DNA of 64,000 nucleotides. It comes from Auanema rhodensis (lineage: Eukaryota; Animalia; Nematoda). This document shows, piece after piece, positions 9,701 to 24,000 of this stretch. How positions within the stretch are numbered: the first letter of the stretch is position 1; each line of letters opens with the position of its first letter. The stretch lies in assembly GCA_964057225.1 (NCBI GenBank), contig OZ059894.1:19716001-19780000 (forward strand), read 5' to 3'. The notes under the pieces were generated by a model, which was not told where the DNA came from, did no database searches, and worked only from the letters and a program-made list of their open reading frames with translations. Position numbers and translations under genes: made by a program.

Positions 9701-12700
9701 ATTTCAAAATAAGTTAGCAAAAAGTAGATGTTCTTAGATTCCATTTTTTAAGGCAAAGACGATGGACAATGTTATTCAACGAAAAAATTAATTCTTCAGG
9801 GTGAAAATCGAGGATATAAGTGTGAACTTATATCAGTTGATATCTCGGTGCATTTTTAAGCTAGCGCAAATCTGATAACACAGAACGACGCAGCTTAAAA
9901 ATCCGCATCGAATGCACTATACTACATTGAGAAACGCTTAATACAAAAATTAGTTATGATCGTTTGAAAAATGATGCATTAGTGTATGTTGAGTTTCCAT
10001 GTACACTCAACATTGCTTCCAAAAACATTTTGACAAAAATTTTTTCGAAAAATTTCAGAATAATTTAGCAAAAAGTTGATGTTTTTAGATTCCATTTTTC
10101 AAGGCAAAGACGATGGACAATGTTATTCAACGAAAAAATTAATTCTTCAGGGTGAAAATCGAGGATATAAGTGTGAACTTATATCAGTTGATATCTCGGT
10201 GCATTTTTAAGCTAGCGCAAATCTGATAACACAGATCGACGCAGCTTAAAAATCCGCATCGAATGCACTATACTACATTGAGAAACGCTTAATACAAAAA
10301 TTAGTTATGATCGTTTGAAAAATGATGCGTTAGTGTATGTTGAGTTTCCATGTACACTCAACATTGCTTCCAAAAACATTTTGACAAAAATTTTTTCGAA
10401 AAATTTCAAAATAATTTAGCAAAAAGTAGATGTTTTTAGATTCCATTTTTTAAGGCAAAGACGATGGACAATGTTATTCAACGAAAAAATTAATTCTTCA
10501 GGGTGAAAATCGAGGATATAAGTGTGAACTTATATCAGTTGATATCTCGGTGCATTTTTAAGCTAGCGCAAATCTGATAACACAGAACGACGCAGCTTAA
10601 AAATCCGCATCGAATGCACTATACTACATTGAGAAACGCTTAATACAAAAATTAGTTATGATCGTTTGAAAAATGATGCATTAGTGTATGTTGAGTTTCC
10701 ATGTACACTCAACATTGCTTCCAAAAACATTTTGACAAAAATTTTTTCGAAAAATTTCAAAATAATTTAGCAAAAAGTAGATGTTTTTAGATTCCTTTTT
10801 TCAAGGCAAAGACGATGGACAATGTTATTCAACGAAAAAATTAATTCTTCAGGGTGAAAATCGAGGATATAAGTGTGAACTTATATCAGTTGATATCTCG
10901 GTGCATTTTTAAGCTAGCGCAAATCTGATAACACAGAACGACGCAGCTTAAAAATCCGCATCGAATGCACTATACTACATTGAGAAACGCTTAATACAAA
11001 AATTAGTTATGATCGTTTGAAAAATGATGCATTAGTGTATGTTGAGTTTCCATGTACACTCAACATTGCTTCCAAAAACATTTTGACAAAAATTTTTTCG
11101 AAAAATTTCAAAATAATTTAGCAAAAAGTAGATGTTTTTAGATTCCTTTTTTCAAGGCAAAGACGATGGACAATGTTATTCAACGAAAAAATTAATTCTT
11201 CAGGGTGAAAATCGAGGATATAAGTGTGAACTTATATCAGTTGATATCTCGGTGCATTTTTAAGCTAGCGCAAATCTGATAACACAGAACGACGCAGCTT
11301 AAAAATCCGCATCGAATGCACTATACTACATTGAGAAACGCTTAATACAAAAATTAGTTATGATCGTTTGAAAAATGATGCATTAGTGTATGTTGAGTTT
11401 CCATGTACACTCAACATTGCTTCCAAAAACATTTTGACAAAAATTTTTTCGAAAAATTTCAAAATAATTTAGCAAAAAGTAGATGTTTTTAGATTCCTTT
11501 TTTCAAGGCAAAGACGATGGACAATGTTATTCAACGAAAAAATTAATTCTTCAGGGTGAAAATCGAGGATATAAGTGTGAACTTATATCAGTTGATATCT
11601 CGGTGCATTTTTAAGCTAGCGCAAATCTGATAACACAGATCGACGCAGCTTAAAAATCCGCATCGAATGCACTATACTACATTGAGAAACGCTTAATACA
11701 AAAATTAGTTATGATCGTTTGAAAAATGATGCATTAGTGTATGTTGAGTTTCCATGTACACTCAACATTGCTTCCAAAAACATTTTGACAAAAATTTTTT
11801 CGAAAAATTTCGAAATAATTTAGCAAAAAGTAGATGTTTTTAGATTCCATTTTTCAAGGCAAAGACGATGGACAATGTTATTCAACGAAAAAATTAATTC
11901 TTCAGGGTGAAAATCGAGGATATAAGTGTGAACTTATATCAGTTGATATCTCGGTGCATTTTTAAGCTAGCGCAAATCTGATAACACAGATCGACGCAGC
12001 TTAAAAATCCGCATCGAATGCACTATACTACATTGAGAAACGCTTAATACAAAAATTAGTTATGATCGTTTGAAAAATGATGCATTAGTGTATGTTGAGT
12101 TTCCATGTACACTCAACATTGCTTCCAAAAACATTTTGACAAAAATTTTTTCGAAAAATTTCAGAATAATTTAGCAAAAAGTAGATGTTTTTAGATTCCA
12201 TTTTTCAAGGCAAAGACGATGGACAATGTTATTCAACGAAAAAATTAATTCTTCAGGGTGAAAATCGAGGATATAAGTGTGAACTTATATCAGTTGATAT
12301 CTCGGTGCATTTTTAAGCTAGCGCAAATCTGATAACACAGATCGACGCAGCTTAAAAATCCGCATCGAATGCACTATACTACATTGAGAAACGCTTAATA
12401 CAAAAATTAGTTATGATCGTTTGAAAAATGATGCGTTAGTGTATGTTGAGTTTCCATGTACACTCAACATTGCTTCCAAAAACATTTTGACAAAAATTTT
12501 TTCGAAAAATTTCAAAATAATTTAGCAAAAAGTAGATGTTTTTAGATTCCATTTTTTAAGGCAAAGACGATGGACAATGTTATTCAACGAAAAAATTAAT
12601 TCTTCAGGGTGAAAATCGAGGATATAAGTGTGAACTTATATCAGTTGATATCTCGGTGCATTTTTAAGCTAGCGCAAATCTGATAACACAGAACGACGCA

Positions 12701-15700
12701 GCTTAAAAATCCGCATCGAATGCACTATACTACATTGAGAAACGCTTAATACAAAAATTAGTTATGATCGTTTGAAAAATGATGCATTAGTGTATGTTGA
12801 GTTTCCATGTACACTCAACATTGCTTCCAAAAACATTTTGACAAAAATTTTTTCGAAAAATTTCAAAATAATTTAGCAAAAAGTAGATGTTTTTAGATTC
12901 CTTTTTTCAAGGCAAAGACGATGGACAATGTTATTCAACGAAAAAATTAATTCTTCAGGGTGAAAATCGAGGATATAAGTGTGAACTTATATCAGTTGAT
13001 ATCTCGGTGCATTTTTAAGCTAGCGCAAATCTGATAACACAGAACGACGCAGCTTAAAAATTCGCATCGAATGCACTATACTACATTGAAAAACGCTTAA
13101 TACAAAAATTAGTTATGATCGTTTGAAAAATGATGCATTAGTGTATGTTGAGTTTCCATGTACACTCAACATTGCTTCCAAAAACATTTTGACAAAAATT
13201 TTTTCGAAAAATTTCAAAATAATTTAGCAAAAAGTAGATGTTTTTAGATTCCATTTTTTAAGGCAAAGACGATGGACAATGTTATTCAACGAAAAAATTA
13301 ATTCTTCAGGGTGAAAATCGAGGATATAAGTGTGAACTTATATCAGTTGATATCTCGGTGCATTTTTAAGCTAGCGCAAATCTGATAACACAGATCGACG
13401 CAGCTTAAAAATCCGCATCGAATGCACACTACTACATTGAGAAACGCTTAATACAAAAATTAGTTATGATCGTTTGAAAAATGATGCGTTAGTGTATGTT
13501 GAGTTTCCATGTACACTCAACATTGCTTCCAAAAACATTTTGACAAAAATTTTTTCGAAAAATTTCAAAATAATTTAGCAAAAAGTAGATGTTTTTAGAT
13601 TCCATTTTTTAAGGCAAAGACGATGGACAATGTTATTCAACGAAAAAATTAATTCTTCAGGGTGAAAATCGAGGATATAAGTGTGAACTTATATCAGTTG
13701 ATATCTCGGTGCATTTTTAAGCTAGCGCAAATCTGATAACACAGAACGACGCAGCTTAAAAATCCGCATCGAATGCACTATACTACATTGAGAAACGCTT
13801 AATACAAAAATTAGTTATGATCGTTTGAAAAATGATGCATTAGTGTATGTTGAGTTTCCATGTACACTCAACATTGCTTCCAAAAACATTTTGACAAAAA
13901 TTTTTTCGAAAAATTTCAAAATAATTTACTAAAAAGTAGATGTTTTTAGATTCCTTTTTTCAAGGCAAAGACGATGGACAATGTTATTCAACGAAAAAAT
14001 TAATTCTTCAGGGTGAAAATCGAGGATATAAGTGTGAACTTATATCAGTTGATATCTCGGTGCATTTTTAAGCTAGCGCAAATCTGATAACACAGATCGA
14101 CGCAGCTTAAAAATCCGCATCGAATGCACTATACTACATTGAGAAACGCTTAATACAAAAATTAGTTATGATCGTTTGAAAAATGATGCATTAGTGTATG
14201 TTGAGTTTCCATGTACACTCAACATTGCTTCCAAAAACATTTTGACAAAAATTTTTTCGAAAAATTTCAGAATAATTTAGCAAAAAGTAGATGTTTTTAG
14301 ATTCCATTTTTCAAGGCAAAGACGATGGACAATGTTATTCAACGAAAAAATTAATTCTTCAGGGTGAAAATCGAGGATATAAGTGTGAACTTATATCAGT
14401 TGATATCTCGGTGCATTTTTAAGCTAGCGCAAATCTGATAACACAGATCGACGCAGCTTAAAAATCCGCATCGAATGCACTATACTACATTGAGAAACGC
14501 TTAATACAAAAATTAGTTATGATCGTTTGAAAAATGATGCGTTAGTGTATGTTGAGTTTCCATGTACACTCAACATTGCTTCCAAAAACATTTTGACAAA
14601 ACTTTTTTCGAAAAATTTCAAAATAATTTAGCAAAAAGTAGATGTTTTTAGATTCCATTTTTTAAGGCAAAGACGATGGACAATGTTATTCAACGAAAAA
14701 ATTAATTCTTCAGGGTGAAAATCGAGGATATAAGTGTGAACTTATATCAGTTGATATCTCGGTGCATTTTTAAGCTAGCGCAAATCTGATAACACAGAAC
14801 GACGCAGCTTAAAAATCCGCATCGAATGCACTATACTACATTGAGAAACGCTTAATACAAAAATTAGTTATGATCGTTTGAAAAATGATGCATTAGTGTA
14901 TGTTGAGTTTCCATGTACACTCAACATTGCTTCCAAAAACATTTTGACAAAAATTTTTTCGAAAAATTTCAAAATAATTTAGCAAAAAGTAGATGTTTTT
15001 AGATTCCTTTTTTCAAGGCAAAGACGATGGACAATGTTATTCAACGAAAAAATTAATTCTTCAGGGTGAAAATCGAGGATATAAGTGTGAACTTATATCA
15101 GTTGATATCTCGGTGCATTTTTAAGCTAGCGCAAATCTGATAACACAGAACGACGCAGCTTAAAAATTCGCATCGAATGCACTATACTACATTGAAAAAC
15201 GCTTAATACAAAAATTAGTTATGATCGTTTGAAAAATGATGCATTAGTGTATGTTGAGTTTCCATGTACACTCAACATTGCTTCCAAAAACATTTTGACA
15301 AAAATTTTTTCGAAAAATTTCAAAATAATTTAGCAAAAAGTAGATGTTTTTAGATTCCTTTTTTCAAGGCAAAGACGATGGACAATGTTATTCAACGAAA
15401 AAATTAATTCTTCAGGGTGAAAATCGAGGATATAAGTGTGAACTTATATCAGTTGAGATCTCGGTGCATTTTTAAGCTAGCGCAAATCTGATAACACAGA
15501 ACGACGCAGCTTAAAAATTCGCATCGAATGCACTATACTACATTGAGAAACGCTTAATACAAAAATTAGTTATGATCGTTTGAAAAATGATGCATTAGTG
15601 TATGTTGAGTTTCCATGTACACTCAACATTGCTTCCAAAAACATTTTGACAAAAATTTTTTCGAAAAATTTCAAAATAATTTAGCAAAAAGTAGATGTTT

Positions 15701-18004
15701 TTAGATTCCTTTTTTCAAGGCAAAGACGATGGACAATGTTATTCAACGAAAAAATTGATTCTTCAGGGTGAAAATCGAGGATATAAGTGTGAACTTATAT
15801 CAGTTGATATCTCGGTGCATTTTTAAGCTAGCGCAAATCTGATAACACAGATCGACGCAGCTTAAAAATCCGCATCGAATGCACTATACTACATTGAGAA
15901 ACGCGTAATACAAAAATTAGTTATGATCGTTTGAAAAATGATGCGTTAGTGTATGTTGAGTTTCCATGTACACTCAACATTGCTTCCAAAAACATTTTGA
16001 CAAAACTTTTTTCGAAAAATTTCAAAATAATTTAGCAAAAAGTAGATGTTTTTAGATTCCATTTTTTAAGGCAAAGACGATGGACAATGTTATTCAACGA
16101 AAAAATTAATTCTTCAGGGTGAAAATCGAGGATATAAGTGTGAACTTATATCAGTTGATATCTCGGTGCATTTTTAAGCTAGCGCAAATCTGATAACACA
16201 GAACGACGCAGCTTAAAAATCCGCATCGAATGCACTATACTACATTGAGAAACGCTTAATACAAAAATTAGTTATGATCGTTTGAAAAATGATGCATTAG
16301 TGTATGTTGAGTTTCCATGTACACTCAACATTGCTTCCAAAAACATTTTGACAAAAATTTTTTCGAAAAATTTCAAAATAATTTAGCAAAAAGTAGATGT
16401 TTTTAGATTCCTTTTTTCAAGGCAAAGACGATGGACAATGTTATTCAACGAAAAAATTAATTCTTCAGGGTGAAAATCGAGGATATAAGTGTGAACTTAT
16501 ATCAGTTGATATCTCGGTGCATTTTTAAGCTAGCGCAAATCTGATAACACAGAACGACGCAGCTTAAAAATTCGCATCGAATGCACTATACTACATTGAA
16601 AAACGCTTAATACAAAAATTAGTTATGATCGTTTGAAAAATGATGCATTAGTGTATGTTGAGTTTCCATGTACACTCAACATTGCTTCCAAAAACATTTT
16701 GACAAAAATTTTTTCGAAAAATTTCGAAATAATTTAGCAAAGAGTAGATGTTTTTAGATTCCATTTTTTGAGCCAAAGACGATGGACAATGTTATTCAAC
16801 GAAAAAATTAATTCTTCAGGGTGAAAATCGAGGATATAAGTGTGAACTTATATCAGTTGATATCTCGGTGCATTTTTAAGCTAGCGCAAATCTGATAACA
16901 CAGATCGACGCAGCTTAAAAATCCGCATCGAATGCACTATACTACATTGAGAAACGCTTAATACAAAAATTAGTTATGATCGTTTGAAAAATGATGCATT
17001 AGTGTATGTTGAGTTTCCATGTACACTCAACATTGCTTCCAAAAACATTTTGACAAAAATTTTTTCGAAAAATTTCAGAATAATTTAGCAAAAAGTAGAT
17101 GTTTTTAGATTCCATTTTTCAAGGCAAAGACGATGGACAATGTTATTCAACGAAAAAATTAATTCTTCAGGGTGAAAATCGAGGATATAAGTGTGAACTT
17201 ATATCAGTTGATATCTCGGTGCATTTTTAAGCTAGCGCAAATCTGATAACACAGATCGACGCAGCTTAAAAATTCGCATCGAATGCACTATACTACATTG
17301 AGAAACGCTTAATACAAAAATTAGTTATGATCGTTTGAAAAATGATGCATTAGTGTATGTTGAGTTTCCATGTACACTCAACATTGCTTCCAAAAACATT
17401 TTGACAAAAATTTTTTCGAAAAATTTCAGAATAATTTAGCAAAAAGTAGATGTTTTTAGATTCCATTTTTCAAGGCAAAGACGATGGACAATGTTATTCA
17501 ACGAAAAAATTAATTCTTCAGGGTGAAAATCGAGGATATAAGTGTGAACTTATATCAGTTGATATCTCGGTGCATTTTTAAGCTAGCGCAAATCTGATAA
17601 CACAGATCGACGCAGCTTAAAAATCCGCATCGAATGCACTATACTACATTGAAAAACGCTTAATACAAAAATTAGTTATGATCGTTTGAAAAATGATGCG
17701 TTAGTGTATGTTGAGTTTCCATGTACACTCAACATTGCTTCCAAAAACATTTTGACAAAAATTTTTTCGAAAAATTTCAGAATAATTTAGCAAAAAGTAG
17801 ATGTTTTTAGATTCCATTTTTCAAGGCAAAGACGATGGACAATGTTATTCAACGAAAAAATTAATTCTTCAGGGTGAAAATCGAGGATATAAGTGTGAAC
17901 TTATATCAGTTGATATCTCGGTGCATTTTTAAGCTAGCGCAAATCTGATAACACAGATCGACGCAGCTTAAAAATCCGCATCGAATGCACTATACTACAT
18001 TGAG

Positions 18005-21000
18005 AAACGCTTAATACAAAAATTAGTTATGATCGTTTGAAAAATGATGCATTAGTGTATGTTGAGTTTCCATGTACACTCAACATTGCTTCCAAAAACA
18101 TTTTGACAAAAATTTTTTCGAAAAATTTCAGAATAATTTAGCAAAAAGTAGATGTTTTTAGATTCCATTTTTCAAGGCAAAGACGATGGACAATGTTATT
18201 CAACGAAAAAATTAATTCTTCAGGGTGAAAATCGAGGATATAAGTGTGAACTTATATCAGTTGATATCTCGGTGCATTTTTAAGCTAGCGCAAATCTGAT
18301 AACACAGATCGACGCAGCTTAAAAATCCGCATCGAATGCACACTACTACATTGAGAAACGCTTAATACAAAAATTAGTTATGATCGTTTGAAAAATGATG
18401 CGTTAGTGTATGTTGAGTTTCCATGTACACTCAACATTGCTTCCAAAAACATTTTGACAAAAATTTTTTCGAAAAATTTCAAAATAATTTAGCAAAAAGT
18501 AGATGTTTTTAGATTCCATTTTTTAAGGCAAAGACGATGGACAATGTTATTCAACGAAAAAATTAATTCTTCAGGGTGAAAATCGAGGATATAAGTGTGA
18601 ACTTATATCAGTTGATATCTCGGTGCATTTTTAAGCTAGCGCAAATCTGATAACACAGAACGACGCAGCTTAAAAATCCGCATTGAATGCACTATACTAC
18701 ATTGAGAAACGCTTAATACAAAAATTAGTTATGATCGTTTGAAAAATGATGCATTAGTGTATGTTGAGTTTCCATGTACACTCAACATTGCTTCCAAAAA
18801 CATTTTGACAAAAATTTTTTCGAAAAATTTCAAAATAATTTAGCAAAAAGTAGATGTTTTTAGATTCCTTTTTTCAAGGCAAAGACGATGGACAATGTTA
18901 TTCAACGAAAAAATTAATTCTTCAGGGTGAAAATCGAGGATATAAGTGTGAACTTATATCAGTTGATATCTCGGTGCATTTTTAAGCTAGCGCAAATCTG
19001 ATAACACAGAACGACGCAGCTTAAAAATTCGCATCGAATGCACTATACTACATTGAAAAACGCTTAATACAAAAATTAGTTATGATCGTTTGAAAAATGA
19101 TGCATTAGTGTATGTTGAGTTTCCATGTACACTCAACATTGCTTCCAAAAACATTTTGACAAAAATTTTTTCGAAAAATTTCGAAATAATTTAGCAAAGA
19201 GTAGATGTTTTTAGATTCCATTTTTCGAGCCAAAGACGATGGACAATGTTATTCAACAAAGAAATTAATTCTTCAGGGTGAAAATCGAGGATATAAGTGT
19301 GAACTTATATCAGTTGATATCTCGGTGCATTTTTAAGCTAGCGCAAATCTGATAACACAGATCGACGCAGCTTAAAAATCCGCATCGAATGCACTATACT
19401 ACATTGAGAAACGCTTAATACAAAAATTAGTTATGATCGTTTGAAAAATGATGCATTAGTGTATGTTGAGTTTCCATGTACACTCAACATTGCTTCCAAA
19501 AACATTTTGACAAAAATTTTTTCGAAAAATTTCAGAATAATTTAGCAAAAAGTAGATGTTTTTAGATTCCATTTTTCAAGGCAAAGACGATGGACAATGT
19601 TATTCAACGAAAAAATTAATTCTTCAGGGTGAAAATCGAGGATATAAGTGTGAACTTATATCAGTTGATATCTCGGTGCATTTTTAAGCTAGCGCAAATC
19701 TGATAACACAGATCGACGCAGCTTAAAAATCCGCATCGAATGCACTATACTACATTGAGAAACGCTTAATACAAAAATTAGTTATGATCGTTTGAAAAAT
19801 GATGCGTTAGTGTATGTTGAGTTTCCATGTACACTCAACATTGCTTCCAAAAACATTTTGACAAAACTTTTTTCGAAAAATTTCAAAATAATTTAGCAAA
19901 AAGTAGATGTTTTTAGATTCCATTTTTTAAGGCAAAGACGATGGACAATGTTATTCAACGAAAAAATTAATTCTTCAGGGTGAAAATCGAGGATATAAGT
20001 GTGAACTTATATCAGTTGATATCTCGGTGCATTTTTAAGCTAGCGCAAATCTGATAACACAGAACGACGCAGCTTAAAAATCCGCATCGAATGCACTATA
20101 CTACATTGAGAAACGCTTAATACAAAAATTAGTTATGATCGTTTGAAAAATGATGCATTAGTGTATGTTGAGTTTCCATGTACACTCAACATTGCTTCCA
20201 AAAACATTTTGACAAAAATTTTTTCGAAAAATTTCAAAATAATTTAGCAAAAAGTAGATGTTTTTAGATTCCTTTTTTCAAGGCAAAGACGATGGACAAT
20301 GTTATTCAACGAAAAAATTAATTCTTCAGGGTGAAAATCGAGGATATAAGTGTGAACTTATATCAGTTGATATCTCGGTGCATTTTTAAGCTAGCGCAAA
20401 TCTGATAACACAGAACGACGCAGCTTAAAAATTCGCATCGAATGCACTATACTACATTGAGAAACGCTTAATACAAAAATTAGTTATGATCGTTTGAAAA
20501 ATGATGCATTAGTGTATGTTGAGTTTCCATGTACACTCAACATTGCTTCCAAAAACATTTTGACAAAAATTTTTTCGAAAAATTTCAAAATAATTTAGCA
20601 AAAAGTAGATGTTTTTAGATTCCTTTTTTCAAGGCAAAGACGATGGACAATGTTATTCAACGAAAAAATTGATTCTTCAGGGTGAAAATCGAGGATATAA
20701 GTGTGAACTTATATCAGTTGATATCTCGGTGCATTTTTAAGCTAGCGCAAATCTGATAACACAGATCGACGCAGCTTAAAAATCCGCATCGAATGCACTA
20801 TACTACATTGAGAAACGCGTAATACAAAAATTAGTTATGATCGTTTGAAAAATGATGCGTTAGTGTATGTTGAGTTTCCATGTACACTCAACATTGCTTC
20901 CAAAAACATTTTGACAAAAATTTTTTCGAAAAATTTCAAAATAATTTAGCAAAAAGTAGATGTTTTTAGATTCCATTTTTTAAGGCAAAGACGATGGACA

Positions 21001-24000
21001 ATGTTATTCAACAAAAAAATTAATTCTTCAGGGTGAAAATCGAGGATATAAGTGTGAACTTATATCAGTTGATATCTCGGTGCATTTTTAAGCTAGCGCA
21101 AATCTGATAACACAGAACGACGCAGCTTAAAAATCCGCATCGAATGCACTATACTACATTGAGAAACGCTTAATACAAAAATTAGTTATGATCGTTTGAA
21201 AAATGATGCATTAGTGTATGTTGAGTTTCCATGTACACTCAACATTGCTTCCAAAAACATTTTGACAAAAATTTTTTCGAAAAATTTCAAAATAATTTAG
21301 CAAAAAGTAGATGTTTTTAGATTCCTTTTTTCAAGGCAAAGACGATGGACAATGTTATTCAACGAAAAAATTAATTCTTCAGGGTGAAAATCGAGGATAT
21401 AAGTGTGAACTTATATCAGTTGATATCTCGGTGCATTTTTAAGCTAGCGCAAATCTGATAACACAGAACGACGCAGCTTAAAAATTCGCATCGAATGCAC
21501 TATACTACATTGAAAAACGCTTAATACAAAAATTAGTTATGATCGTTTGAAAAATGATGCATTAGTGTATGTTGAGTTTCCATGTACACTCAACATTGCT
21601 TCCAAAAACATTTTGACAAAAATTTTTTCGAAAAATTTCGAAATAATTTAGCAAAGAGTAGATGTTTTTAGATTCCATTTTTCGAGCCAAAGACGATGGA
21701 CAATGTTATTCAACGAAGAAATTAATTCTTCAGGGTGAAAATCGAGGATATAAGTGTGAACTTATATCAGTTGATATCTCGGTGCATTTTTAAGCTAGCG
21801 CAAATCTGATAACACAGATCGACGCAGCTTAAAAATCCGCATCGAATGCACTATACTACATTGAGAAACGCTTAATACAAAAATTAGTTATGATCGTTTG
21901 AAAAATGATGCATTAGTGTATGTTGAGTTTCCATGTATACTCAACATTGCTTCCAAAAACATTTTGACAAAAATTTTTTCGAAAAATTTCAGAATAATTT
22001 AGCAAAAAGTAGATGTTTTTAGATTCCATTTTTCAAGGCAAAGACGATGGACAATGTTATTCAACGAAAAAATTAATTCTTCAGGGTGAAAATCGAGGAT
22101 ATAAGTGTGAACTTATATCAGTTGATATCTCGGTGCATTTTTAAGCTAGCGCAAATCTGATAACACAGATCGACGCAGCTTAAAAATCCGCATCGAATGC
22201 ACTATACTACATTGAGAAACGCTTAATACAAAAATTAGTTATGATCGTTTGAAAAATGATGCGTTAGTGTATGTTGAGTTTCCATGTACACTCAACATTG
22301 CTTCCAAAAACATTTTGACAAAACTTTTTTCGAAAAATTTCAAAATAATTTAGCAAAAAGTAGATGTTTTTAGATTCCATTTTTTAAGGCAAAGACGATG
22401 GACAATGTTATTCAACGAAAAAATTAATTCTTCAGGGTGAAAATCGAGGATATAAGTGTGAACTTATATCAGTTGATATCTCGGTGCATTTTTAAGCTAG
22501 CACAAATCTGATAACACAGAACGACGCAGCTTAAAAATCCGCATCGAATGCACTATACTACATTGAGAAACGCTTAATACAAAAATTAGTTATGATCGTT
22601 TGAAAAATGATGCATTAGTGTATGTTGAGTTTCCATGTACACTCAACATTGCTTCCAAAAACATTTTGACAAAAATTTTTTCGAAAAATTTCAAAATAAT
22701 TTAGCAAAAAGTAGATGTTTTTAGATTCCTTTTTTCAAGGCAAAGACGATGGACAATGTTATTCAACGAAAAAATTAATTCTTCAGGGTGAAAATCGAGG
22801 ATATAAGTGTGAACTTATATCAGTTGATATCTCGGTGCATTTTTAAGCTAGCGCAAATCTGATAACACAGATCGACGCAGCTTAAAAATTCGCATCGAAT
22901 GCACTATACTACATTGAGAAACGCTTAATACAAAAATTAGTTATGATCGTTTGAAAAATGATGCATTAGTGTATGTTGAGTTTCCATGTATACTCAACAT
23001 TGCTTCCAAAAACATTTTGACAAAAATTTTTTCGAAAAATTTCGAAATAATTTAGCAAAAAGTAGATGTTTTTAGATTCCATTTTTTAAGGCAAAGACGA
23101 TGGACAATGTTATTCAACGAAAAAATTAATTCTTCAGGGTGAAAATCGAGGATATAAGTGTGAACTTATATCAGTTGATATCTCGGTGCATTTTTAAGCT
23201 AGCGCAAATCTGATAACACAGAACGACGCAGCTTAAAAATCCGCATCGAATGCACTATACTACATTGAGAAACGCTTAATACAAAAATTAGTTATGATCG
23301 TTTGAAAAATGATGCATTAGTGTATGTTGAGTTTCCATGTACACTCAACATTGCTTCCAAAAACATTTTGACAAAAATTTTTTCGAAAAATTTCAGAATA
23401 ATTTAGCAAAAAGTAGATGTTTTTAGATTCCATTTTTCAAGGCAAAGACGATGGACAATGTTATTCAACGAAAAAATTAATTCTTCAGGGTGAAAATCGA
23501 GGATATAAGTGTGAACTTATATCAGTTGAGATCTCGGTGCATTTTTAAGCTAGCGCAAATCTGATAACACAGAACGACGCAGCTTAAAAATTCGCATCGA
23601 ATGCACTATACTACATTGAGAAACGCTTAATACAAAAATTAGTTATGATCGTTTGAAAAATGATGCATTAGTGTATGTTGAGTTTCCATGTACACTCAAC
23701 ATTGCTTCCAAAAACATTTTGACAAAAATTTTTTCGAAAAATTTCAAAATAATTTAGCAAAAAGTAGATGTTTTTAGATTCCTTTTTTCAAGGCAAAGAC
23801 GATGGACAATGTTATTCAACGAAAAAATTAATTCTTCAGGGTGAAAATCGAGGATATAAGTGTGAACTTATATCAGTTGATATCTCGGTGCATTTTTAAG
23901 CTAGCGCAAATCTGATAACACAGAACGACGCAGCTTAAAAATTCGCATCGAATGCACTATACTACATTGAAAAACGCTTAATACAAAAATTAGTTATGAT

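Larger units (their letters stand above)
1..9710. repeat. 5' haplotype domain: 4-monomer cassette (two near-identical dimers) at 1-1404, 3859-5262 and 8421-~9710
   Basis: Private alleles C3T, A74C, A122G, G152C, T240A, A295G and TCTCCAGG occur with 702-bp spacing inside each cassette and are not seen after ~9.7 kb. Confidence 0.9.
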
